Origin: Diadema antillarum
Taxonomy: Eukaryota
Assembly (NCBI RefSeq): GCF_040938485.1
Contig: NW_027272175.1
Location: forward strand, 62,001 to 126,000
Length of the DNA stretch: 64,000 nucleotides
Direction: 5' to 3'
The notes below the pieces were generated by a model. That model did not search any database and had not been told where the DNA came from. It saw only the letters and a list, made by a program, of their open reading frames with translations. Shown in pieces: positions 1-10,633 of this stretch. Position 1 is the first letter of the stretch. Each line of letters opens with the position of its first letter. A program made the translations under genes and the position numbers.

Positions 1-1305
1 CTTTGCCTTTGCTTAACAGTTGGCGAACATCCATAATTGGGATTCTGTGGTTGCCTTGTAAAGAAATGTGGCAGCGTCCACCTGCATCATAACTGTAAGT
101 CAATTTCTTTTATATGTGATTTCCATCAGATGCGAGTGATGAAACTTTCGTGTCTTTAATAGGTGACTTCATCGCAAACAATTGATGCCCAAGGACGGGG
201 GAACCGATAGGAAAGGACAAGGGCCATCATTAGGCGAATACATGGGCAAATTCCACTGCAAGAAAGACTGTGTTACAACAACGTACACACTCTGACATCT
301 CAAAAGACATCAGCATCGAAGCTAGAGAAAAGGTTATGCTCACGCCACAGACAGCCCAACATCTTCTTGCCAATGCAATGCTCTGAAGTTTTCTTTTGAG
401 ATGAGCTTCACGTCATCAGAGGGTGAAAGCACACCGTACGAATGACATTCAATATTGCCGTCAATTATAAAATCAAACCCACAGAATGGTGGAAATTTCA
501 TAAAAACTGAACATGAAGCATAAAAGTAACAGGAACTTCCATATGTACATGTGTAGTGTTTTTCAGTGCAGACTACTATTGATCCCAGTCACATTATGCA
601 AGGATAGATACACTGTAGGCAATGTTGCTACCTCAAAATTTTCCCTCTTCTTTCAAAAATACAAAAATCATGTTTGCCACAAACATTGTAACATTATATC
701 TTAAATGCAATTCAAATGTTTACTTTATGAGTTCAGTAAAAGAAAAAAGAAAAGACAGATCGTGTGCAGGTCAGTAGGAAAATAATTACTCAATTGCATC
801 ATCACTGTATGTTGCATGTTTGGTGGTGAGAAATTTGACTGTTTTTGTGATAACGCAAATTCCATGACTTTTTTCTTTACATCCAATTTTGACTTTTACC
901 GTCAGTTAGATTTGACCCTTCCCTCTCAGTGGTATCTTGAACTAACATTCAAGCATTATTTTAATACAGTGCATCCTTTCCAACTGATTAGACCTAGACC
1001 CAACTCTACAAAACTCATATTCTAATGTGTTAGTTGTCCAGATTATTCACAGGCAATGCACCTGTATGTTCATTTTCTGAAGGTGCTGGGTACCAGAAAT
1101 GTATTGATCTGCTGCAAAACTAAAGCAAAACAGGGTACAGTAACAATTACAGGTGTGTCTCAATGACACCTTGGAAGTCCACGAGGAATCTACTGGATCC
1201 CATTGCCACAATTTCCTTCACTTCTGATGTGAGATGTGAATCGTTACTCTCTATGTACCATAACTTCCTATGTGAAATACGAATTGGTATTCTCTATGTA
1301 CCAAC

Positions 1306-2132
1306 CTTTCTTGATATTTCTCTATATGCTGCCTGTGGTGCGATGTCCTGAACAGCATGTCAGCCGTCAGGGAGCCCGGCGCCGGGAGGTCTGAGAGTTC
1401 CGCGTCCTCGTGGAGCGTTGGAAGATACCCTGTGTGTGCGTGATGGCTGCTGCTGGCATTGCTTGAACAGCCTTCTGAACTCTTCGGGCTCACGCCACCA
1501 TTGTTCACATATTGCACATAAACATCCGATTTAAGAAACATGGGGTAAGAAGTCTCTCGCATGTACTGCTCCACCTCCGCCTGGCTGGCATCAAAGAGGT
1601 TGCTGTTGACAGAGTTTGTCCTGATACAATCTGCGACATGGTTCCGGGTCGCAGTCTCTAGCCGGACGACTTGCTGGCCGTCCTTCTTAATAAATCTCCG
1701 ATATATCAACTTCGCCAGGTCGGCCCGGACGGGGTCATTGTTCGGCTTCTTCTTGAATCCCTGAGTGGCAAGCCAGAACATGAGCGGGTTCTCCGCGTTC
1801 TCCTGGACAAGGTAGTGTTTGAAGAGCTGGATCCCGTCCTCGTCAGCGAGCAGGGCGTGCAGGGACTCGGTCCATCTCGTGTACGGCGGGGTGATGGAGG
1901 CTGACCCCTCCGGCTCGAACCCCAGCGGTGCCTCATCCTGCGTCCCTTCCTTGGTGTCCTTCACGAGGTTGGATCGCCGCGGGGTCCCGCCTGAGTGGTC
2001 GCTGGTCTTTCCGCTCTTGATGGAGGAGGACACACTCCCTCGGTCCTCCGTCTCCTCACCCGGGACGGGAGGGCGCTCGCTCAGTTGGCTTCCCCCACTG
2101 TCAGCCAAGTACCTAAACACAGACAAACTCAT
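1306..2132 (-). CDS. axin: Axin, first coding exon (tankyrase-binding motifs plus RGS domain); gene continues left of the window
   Basis: The ORF from ATG 2132 encodes RPPVPGEE (TBM1), PRRS..LGFEPEGSASITPPY (TBM2) and WTESLHALLADEDGIQLFKHYL..FWLATQGF..IYRRFIK..FDASQAEVE..SYPMFLKSDVY (Axin-type RGS domain, about 1506-1874). Donor AAG|GTTGGT at 1306/1305 gives 827 coding nt (phase 2). The ORF-track tail LVHREYQF.. is intron read-through. Confidence 0.97.
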
Positions 2133-2288
2133 GTTGGTTGGCCACCATTCCTTTCGCGGTCGATGAAGTCCCTGCTATAGCAATGATCCTGGCTCCATCC
2201 TTGGCCGCCTGAAGGAGTGAATTCCACACTCTCCAGATGTGACCTGGGCCTCAAGTTGGTATCAGTGTTTTGCCGTTCAAGGAGCTAC
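2133..2288 (-). other. axin: 5'UTR part of the Axin ATG-containing exon
   Basis: Acceptor ttttcctttgtgtttttgcAG|GTAGC (AG at 2290-2289) lies 156 nt upstream of the ATG. Confidence 0.8.
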
Positions 2289-5200
2289 CTGCAAAAACAC
2301 AAAGGAAAATGTAGTAGCATTGTATTATAAAAGAAACCATCGCCATACATATTCTTAGTAATATTAGCATGTCCTCCTTGAGTATTTGCGGTATGTGTTC
2401 AGTGTTCTACATAGCACATCACTTCATTCTTTTCATTCTAAATTCAAATACAACAGAATGGATTCGAATAACATGAAATAGCAAAATGAAATGCAATGGA
2501 TTTCACACAAATGCTCTGCCCAATGTTCTTCAAATGTTAAAAAAAACAAAGCATAGGAATATCGAAGAAAATTCCAAATCAACACTCCATAAAACCTCAC
2601 TGGTACATATCAAGAGAAACCTTCCTAGACAAAAAAATTTCACAATATTTATAACACACATACAAGAAAAGCGTGATTTTAACAGAGAAGTGGGTTCCTT
2701 TGCAGCATAAGTCCACAGTTCAAACTTTTTTTTTCTCTCCCCAAATCTTTAGACTGCCAAGTAAAGCCACTAAACCCAAGCAATCTACCCTCAACAAAAC
2801 GCGCCATTTTGAGATTTGCCAGTCAAGGTGAAAGGTCAACTCTGGCATATGCCGAGTGCAGCCACCACTAGCATTCCAAATTTACCTGTAATTTGCCACA
2901 TACTCCACCCCCCCCCCCCAAATCGAGAGTACTACAATGCTATAAAATCATACTGCACATAACTTCTCACCAAAAAAACACTCTCTTCTCCTGCAGAGCT
3001 GTAGATGCACAGGATTGTGCCAACTGCTGATTTCATTGCTTTCCAATTCCCTACATACATACAATAGTACAGCGTGCATTACTGTAACATCCAAAGCAAT
3101 ACACATAGAATGTGGATATGAAGATTTACACATTCAGCGCCACACAATACGGTATTAGAAATGCAATGGTTAACACTCTCAAAAGCACACTTCTCACAGA
3201 CATGTCACAACACAGTCGGTCCTCACTGGTAGGCTAAAAACTTGCCATAAAATTTCATCTACACAATTATCTTGCCAGGAAGGCAAAAATCTACCTTTCT
3301 ACGACTGAAAATACGGTTACACATGCCTCGCAAAAATTCTACTCCTTCGTATTTTCATTACTCAACGACCGGAAAAGCAGAGTGAATGCGAGCATCGGCC
3401 GCCGCCATTGCACATGCCAAGCAAGTGGGAGCGCGAATGGCGAGTACATATGTAGCTGGCGGTAGTTACTGTGTGGACATGTGCATTTGCTATGCACAGA
3501 ATTGAAGCATACATAATAAATGTGGACTGAAAAGGCTGCCATCTTATTAACATACATTAAGGTCACATCCAATCTCCATACAACCTTTCTCGATGTAGCA
3601 TCCCTTCACGAAGGGAGGAAGAAGGGGGAAAAAAAAACAGAAGGAAAGAAAGCACACAGCCTGTCTACTCAAATCTTAGCAGAAGAGAGGGAGAGAGAGA
3701 AAATTCCCTTCACTTTCTGGACGGCTTCCGAACCCTGCAGTATACAATAAAGAGTATCTGGCCTGCTCATGATAATTTAAGATCCCGTCCATTCACTGCT
3801 GGCTCTTTCTCCCTCAGTACCCCTGCCTCCCTTCACAAAAGCAATTCAATGTGTTGTGTTGTGCTATTGAGGCTCACTGGGCCTTTTTTCCCCCCTCATT
3901 TCTTTCTCCCTTCTCTTCACTCCTTCTTTTAATAGTAGACTTGCAGGCCAGTGCAGAGCTTTGAATAGCTACTGCCCCCTTTTGTTGCACAGAAATCCTC
4001 AGCCCTAGCTTCTGGCATGGCAGGCTAGCTGCAAGATTGTTCATGTTTTTGTCAAAGGTCGTGGGTTAGGCATAATATTATGAAAGGTGGTGGTGGGGGG
4101 GGGGGGGGGGGGGGGGAGGTTAATGGAGGTAAAATTTTTAACTCTAGTCTATACTTTCTATTAACAAAGCTGCAATTGCTGTCTTCCTCTGACTACATAA
4201 CACAGGCTCACCGAAACATAAAAAAATGACATTTAAGGTGGTTTCAAAACACCTGCATTCTTATAAGGAACGAAGACATCATTGCTGAGTAAAGTTTCTT
4301 TGCATGTGTGTGTTTTCATATGTAATAAGTTTTTTTGATAATCTGTTTGTCCCAACATAAGACTGTCCCTTAATAAACTTATCTCTTAGCTTACACTGGT
4401 CAAATCACGAGCATTAAAAGGTGGCTATCTTGCCTCTATCAATAAAAAAAATAGGATGAGGATATTATCTAGAGACTGATGATAATGACAATTAGAATGT
4501 GGTACTTGTATATGACCTGAGGTATACAACACACAGTATGTTCCCAGTCGTTATCACCATTTTCTTTCATCACTTATTTTATTTTTGCAAATAGGCTGGG
4601 GATATAGAAGAGCACTTGTCTCTGCAGCCACAAAACAAAAATGAATACAGTTGAAATTTAAAAGAGATCACCAGCGAGTACAAACATGTATATACTGGCT
4701 GCACCTTTCAATTCAATGGCATCACAACATGACTTTCACACAAGTTACACAATGCAGGACAAGAACAGGTATATTATGCATAGTCCCACATGTGCACCTG
4801 TGTGTGTGTGTACACAATTCCTGTATGTGATTCTTGTCTCCATCAACACACTGATGCTAATTATGTCAATCTATTCATTCTGGTTCATGTTAAAAAGACC
4901 TGTAGTATGCTTTCTAACGGCAAGTCTTCAGAAAAGACAGGATAGAAAGTGGGACTAGCCTATTAAAAACACAGCCACTGACCAAAAAACAAAACAAAAA
5001 CCAAACAGAAAATTATGCTCTGATTGAACACTGTAAAAATACACAAATCTGAATATGAAAGAAGCATTCAGCCAAAAAAAAAAAAAAAAAAAAAAAAAAA
5101 CAGCGTTAAAGTTTCCTATAATACAATATAAAGCAGCTAGAGTAAAAACTAACCCATATGGAAGGTGCTTAAAATGTCAAAATATCACAAAATTCTCTGG

Positions 5201-5551
5201 TGTATCACCTCTAAAACTAATGATCAAACACTTGGTGTTTATGTTTATATGTTATTACGTACTTGTTGCTTTTGTCACTTGATGATACCAAATGCATAGT
5301 AAATACAGGATTCACAATTCAGAGAAATTTTGAATACCTTAGCCTATTCTGAGGAAACAGGAATATCTTACAAATGAAATTTGGCACAAGTATACCAAAT
5401 GTATAGTGTAATCTCAAGCCACTTCTTCACTACTTGCCACACTTGCTTCATATCAACAGATACAATTTCTTATAGTGTAAATTTTTCAAAACAAATTGGG
5501 ATAGCATACAGCCTGTAAACTGCATACAAACTGCTTCATTAAATCATTTGA

Positions 5552-6121
5552 AGGATAAGTCCACCTTCATTTACATGTGGATTGAGTGAATGCAACAATA
5601 TTAGTAGAACACATCAGTGAGAGTTTGAGGAAAATCCAACAATCCGTTCAAAAGTTATGAATTTTTAAAGTATCTGTGCAATCACTACTGGAAGAGAAGA
5701 CTACTACAGTGTATGATGTCACGTGCGTACAACAATATAAGGAAAATAAAAAGAGAATTTCACAAAACTTTACTTTTTGAATAAAGTGCACATTTCTTCG
5801 ACATGTTACTGACGTATGTTAAGGGTAATATCATTGCCCTTGCTTTCTGAAAGAGAGAAGTTGAGTGTTCTCTTGTAATACGAGAAAAGGGAAAATATGT
5901 TGAATTTTCTTTATACAATGTACTTTCTTTATATCGTTGTACACATGTGGCATCACAGGCTATAGTAGTCTTCTCATCCAGCCGTGACTGAGCAGAAACT
6001 TCAAAAATTCATAACTTTTGAACGGATTGTCCGATTTTCCTCAAAAACTCACTGATGTGTTCTACTAATCAATACTGCTGCATTCACTCAACCCACATGT
6101 CTATGAAGGTGAACTTGTCCT
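5552..6121. mobile_element. Non-autonomous TTAA-flanked DNA transposon (Kolobok-like), family K1, in Axin intron 1
   Basis: Long imperfect TIRs of about 130 bp (AGGATAAGTCCACCTTCAT.. / ..ATGAAGGTGAACTTGTCCT), flanked by TTGA and TTAA. Related copies at 18.3-19.6, 53.2, 60.1 and 62.8 kb. Confidence 0.8.
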
Positions 6122-9061
6122 TTAATAGACTGTACATGTAAGTGTTCCTCGTGGAAAAACATCATAACCAAGACTTGCAATTTTTGTATACATGTCCACA
6201 TTCAAAACTACTAGTGCTGATATGACAGTTTTGGTCTCTTTCAAGAATCCTATGGCATTTTTTTCCCCCTACCATCGATCATGTTCAATTGTGGGATCAT
6301 GTATACCAATGAGGTTCTGCAGAGTCTTGGGAGAAGAGTGTTGGATGATGCCTTGATATAAATCACATGTATGTGAAATATAAAATACTTTTGACTAATA
6401 ACATGCTGTAGCCTGCACTGCTTTCCTTTCAATAAAACACTGTAATTACGAACAAGTTTTAAGATGTCAACTACAGTTACCAATAATGGATGGGACCAGG
6501 CAGCATTTGTCATAAGCATACAAAGTAGTACGACAGCTACAGTATGTACTTACATTATGTACATTGTAACAGTTGAGATTAGGCCTACATTGTATTTTGT
6601 GCAATCCACTTTTTTTCACACTGGATTCATTTCAATGCACATTTTTATACATGGCAGACAAAATTGTCATTGTATGTAGCTTTATACATAGACAAAATCC
6701 TGCTAAAAATAGCAATGTGTTATTATTTCAGTGCTAGTTCAATGGAGCGAAAATTTCCACACTACAACTAGCATAAAGAAAGTATTCCAAGATACAGTAG
6801 ACTGGTTATACTTTTGAAAGAATATAACTTCATCAAGACGAACCAATCATTACTTCTCTGCACTGTTTTTTTTTTCTTAATATCTGAACATATCTGAACT
6901 TGCCAAAATTCAGCAGTCTGTGGAGCTCACACAATGCACAGACACGACTTCAAGACAAAAACATAATTGTATTGTGTTACGGACACTTATTTTTGTTGCT
7001 CTGAATTCCATCCTAAGAGGATGAAATTTCTAGCAAAAGTAACACTTAGATAGGCCTCTATTACAAAGTCCTGAAAATGATGAATTTCACAAAATTATGT
7101 GATTCATTCACTGCAATTTTAGGAAAATGTATTTCCAAGATATTCTTTCTGCAAAAAGCAGGAATGCACACTAACCCATTTTTTTCTACTGGTGCGACCT
7201 GTCCCTGTCAGACCAGTAGATACCCAGTTTTTCCATATATATTTTCTCCCGGCCAGTATATTCCTGAAAAAGTTACTGGTCTGATAGTGATTTTTACTGG
7301 TCAGGGACTGTCGGTCCAGTGCCAGTGGGCAGCGTTGCTTTAAGCATGGTGCAAAATCACATACAATATGCACATGTAATTCTAGACACAATTTTCATAA
7401 TGGAATAATCGATGTCTTTAACATCCTCATCACTTCCATAGCCGTGTTTCACCTCATATTCATACCAAGCAGATAACAAAGTGCAAAACAGCAAATGAGG
7501 CTCAAATTATGTATTGTATGGTAAAAGGTCCAACATGAACATTTTAAACAATCTATGCAGTAAAATCTTGTGATAACTATCGACATTTTCTTCTAAATCC
7601 GAGGTGAACTGAATTTCTTAGCATTTCTACAATTTTGTGTCACATTTTGGTGATTTCCGGCCCATACATCACTCAGTAAGGCAGGTCTGCGAAGTCCCAT
7701 GCGTATAGAATGTCATTATTAGAGATTTACGCGTCAGGAATTACAATGTTGTCAATGGTGTCCAGAATACCATGTCTGTTTTATCTGGGCTCAAGTTTGA
7801 AACTAGAGCTGTAACCATGCAAAGATGAGTCTACATCAAAATGCTAGAGTCGAGACATTATAAATTGAATTTATGTGCCGTATGCACTCAAGCCTTGGCA
7901 CATTATATTGTGAACTGATATTTTTCTTGAGTGAATACTGTCTGAATTTTTTGTCTAAAGCATGAAAGGAATGATAATCTCTCCATTTTTACATGATTTG
8001 TGACAAATTACATTCTAATGTTACACATTGTCATTACTCAACAACAACAATAAATCCATGAACCATGGCAACACAAACTGGTGGTGGTATAGAACCTACC
8101 CACAAGTGTCAGTATCACAGAATACATATAGATTCTATGCGGCTATATTTCTACTCTCAAGAGAGCTTCAAATATTTAGACATGGGTTTGCAAATGACTC
8201 TGATAATGCTGATAAAGGAATAAACTGCGTTGCTGCACAATACAGTAAACTTCTTGTGCTTGTGGTAATAAATACTCAGTACACTGCACAGTCTCTACAC
8301 TGTGTGCCTCCACTGCTCCAGAAATTACTGCTACTGCCACATGCACACACACATCAACACTCCACCACTGCACTGGCACTACGCTGTACAACGGTACACC
8401 ACAACTAGCGTGCATTTTCCACAGCACTCGTGTAACATCTGCACGCGCGAGACTCGAACCTGCTCGTCTTCCAAGGCCGACATCCCACGCTGTGTGTACA
8501 CGCCAAGTTTCGGTTATTTTCTTCTGCAGTCCATCAGTGACATCGGGGGTTATATAGTTATATCCAATGTGATAAATATCCAAGAGTAGCTTACCATCCA
8601 GTATGGGACTATCACTGATGATATTTCTTCTTTCACTCTCACCGCCTGTTCCTTTCCAAACGCGTCTGCACACAAATAATCGACCCAAGCACAACCTCAA
8701 CCGACCGCGGTAAACGATGCGATGCGATGCTCTTTACAGGGCTAACCAATGGGAATCCAACGAAAAAGGCCCCGCGAAAGCTACGGGACGGCGATACCGA
8801 GCCATACGTGTGGGCTTGTGTGTGTGTGTGTGTACGAAGCACACTGCTGGCGCTAGGACGTAACTTTTGTATGCACAATGCACGCAGAGCACACGGAGGA
8901 CTCGCGGGGTATATCTCGCTCCAAAATTAAACCCACCCCGGCCCCGTAAAGTAAAGATACATTTCCTAACGTACCACCAGACTAGCACCGATGATATTCT
9001 CAAGTACACCTCATCCTCCATAGAAGAATAAACACACAGCAAACGTACCTTACCTTCTCAC

Positions 9062-9130
9062 CTTTCCACGGGAGTAACTATGATCAAAATTACGTCGATG
9101 TTCCCATATCCATTGCATTGTATGAAACTG
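9062..9130 (-). other. axin: Probable non-coding first exon of Axin (5' boundary approximate)
   Basis: Three AAG|GT donors (exon ends 9062, 9054, 9049), an initiator-like CCAGTTT near 9130, CpG-rich context and promoter motifs immediately upstream. Confidence 0.55.
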
Positions 9131-9300
9131 GCAAGTCACTTTGCGGCTACAAGCCAGGGCAGTTTCTCAGTGTTGCAAAGTGCATGAAACATCAAAGCAC
9201 ATGCCCGCCGCCCGAAAAGCTCCCAAAGGGCAGTGACGTAAACACAAAGGAAAAGCCGCACCAATCAGCGAGCACTTCATTAACTCGTATGGACCTGGAC
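9131..9300 (-). promoter_or_regulatory. Candidate Axin proximal promoter
   Basis: TCF site ACATCAAAG 9189-9197, GCCGCC 9207-9212, CRE-like TGACGTA near 9234-9240, CCAATCAG box from 9261; CpG-rich. Confidence 0.55.
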
Positions 9301-10369
9301 TATTTTCAGGTACGGGGGTGTCCAAACCATCTTCACTGAAAATTCACAGACCGCTAAGACATGCGGGTCGTGAATAGCCACTTTACTGCTATTACCTGGT
9401 ATTTGATATGCTCTCTTCATCATGATATATGCTGACGATACAAAATATACTAAAAAAATACATTAAAAGACTGAGAAAAACACCGTAGTTATTATTTGTC
9501 CCTCAGACGACCGTAACTAAATAGAACACGTTTCAGTGGCTGCAGTATACTGTATCATTGTACTGCGATACAAGAGAATTACCCCTTTTTCCCTTTTAAA
9601 CGCAATGTCCTATATCGGAAACCACACCGCCGACCCCTATGGCATTCGACGCTGCCGCGGGGATGTTCTTTTATATTCTTCGAGAAATACTTGTTTCAAA
9701 AATATCCGAACATTTCTCCCTCAACTTTACACCCCCCCCACCCCCCCCCCCCCCCCTTCTTTTGCTAACCATGAATTTTACCCGGCGATTATCAAACAAA
9801 ATGGTGCGAATGCTATTACCACTCTTCCATATGCTGAAGTTTTATCATAACTTCCTCCGATATTTAGCCATTTTAATTGCTGCCTTTTAAAAGTCTCTGG
9901 CTCCTCTATAAAGATGTTGTTTGGGCGGTTTTTCTCTATGCTGGCCAACATTCCATCAATGAGGAAGAAGTAGGGTCGTATAACTTTATTACACTGGTTG
10001 TAAACTTCGTCGGTAACGTTTTAGTTGTTAGCCGTACCCATCGCTATAGTCTATACTCTTCTCTTTCTTTCTTTTTTTTTGTCTCTTTTTCGTCTTCCCC
10101 CTTTTTTCTCCGATTACCACTTATCTTTATTTTGTATACCATTTCTTTCTCTCCCCTTTTCCTTACATGTTGCTCCCTCCTCTTCACTCTATCCGATACT
10201 GAATTATAAGCTCATTCTCCATTAGCTATAAACTTCTTTTTTCGTCCTTTCCTTCTCCCTTTCATTCTCTCCCTTATTAAACGACTATTCTTCTATCCAC
10301 ATAGCAAGATTTGCTGTCTTTTAATGTGATCTGGACACGCCTTTAGAGAGCCCCGCTCATCGCTAGTTT

Positions 10370-10633
10370 CGGTTACAGCTCGTTATTCCGAAGGTTCGTT
10401 ATTCCGAAGGCTCTTTATTCCTAAGATTCGTTATTCTGAAGGTTCATTGTTCCGAATTTCATTTTCGGATTCACCAATCTTTTGAATAACGAACCTTCGG
10501 AATAACGCCACATGATTTTCGGATAAATGAACCCTTTTTCATTTTCGGATTAACGAACCTCTAGGTATAGGGAATTTGTTCGGAATAACGAACCTTCGGA
10601 ATAGCGAACCTTCAGAATAACGACCAGCATTCG
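10370..10633. mobile_element. MITE with internal (GTTATTCCGAAGGTTC)-type repeats, copy 1
   Basis: Begins CGGTTACAGCTCGTTATTCCGAAGG. The left half carries forward and the right half inverted AATAACGAACCTTCGG units. Same family at 43.3 and 50.2 kb. Confidence 0.8.

Noticed and set aside
1-82. Possible next Axin exon (minus strand, ..gatgcAG|G TGG ACG.., R-WTLPHFFTRQPQNPNYGCSPT)
   Set aside because: The frame is open, but there is no polypyrimidine tract and no convincing match to the expected Axin PxNPYY..APATSANDSE segment.
1062-1111. NAGNAG acceptor and a 47/50-nt mini-exon (SIHFWYPAPSENEHT)
   Set aside because: Weak donor (GTGCAT), asymmetric phase and no clear Axin homology.
1561-2180. 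Plus-strand and alternate-frame ORFs overlapping the Axin exon
   Set aside because: Shadow ORFs of a GC-rich coding exon; no recognisable domains.
8440-8500. B-box-like GGTTCGAGTC on the minus strand (tRNA/SINE?)
   Set aside because: No A-box at a proper distance, and no cloverleaf or acceptor stem.
10370-10633. Regularly repeated 16-mers resembling a CRISPR array (also 43.3, 50.2, 23.0 kb)
   Set aside because: Repeats switch orientation mid-element, have no unique equal-length spacers or cas genes, and lie in a metazoan genome; they are MITE internal repeats.
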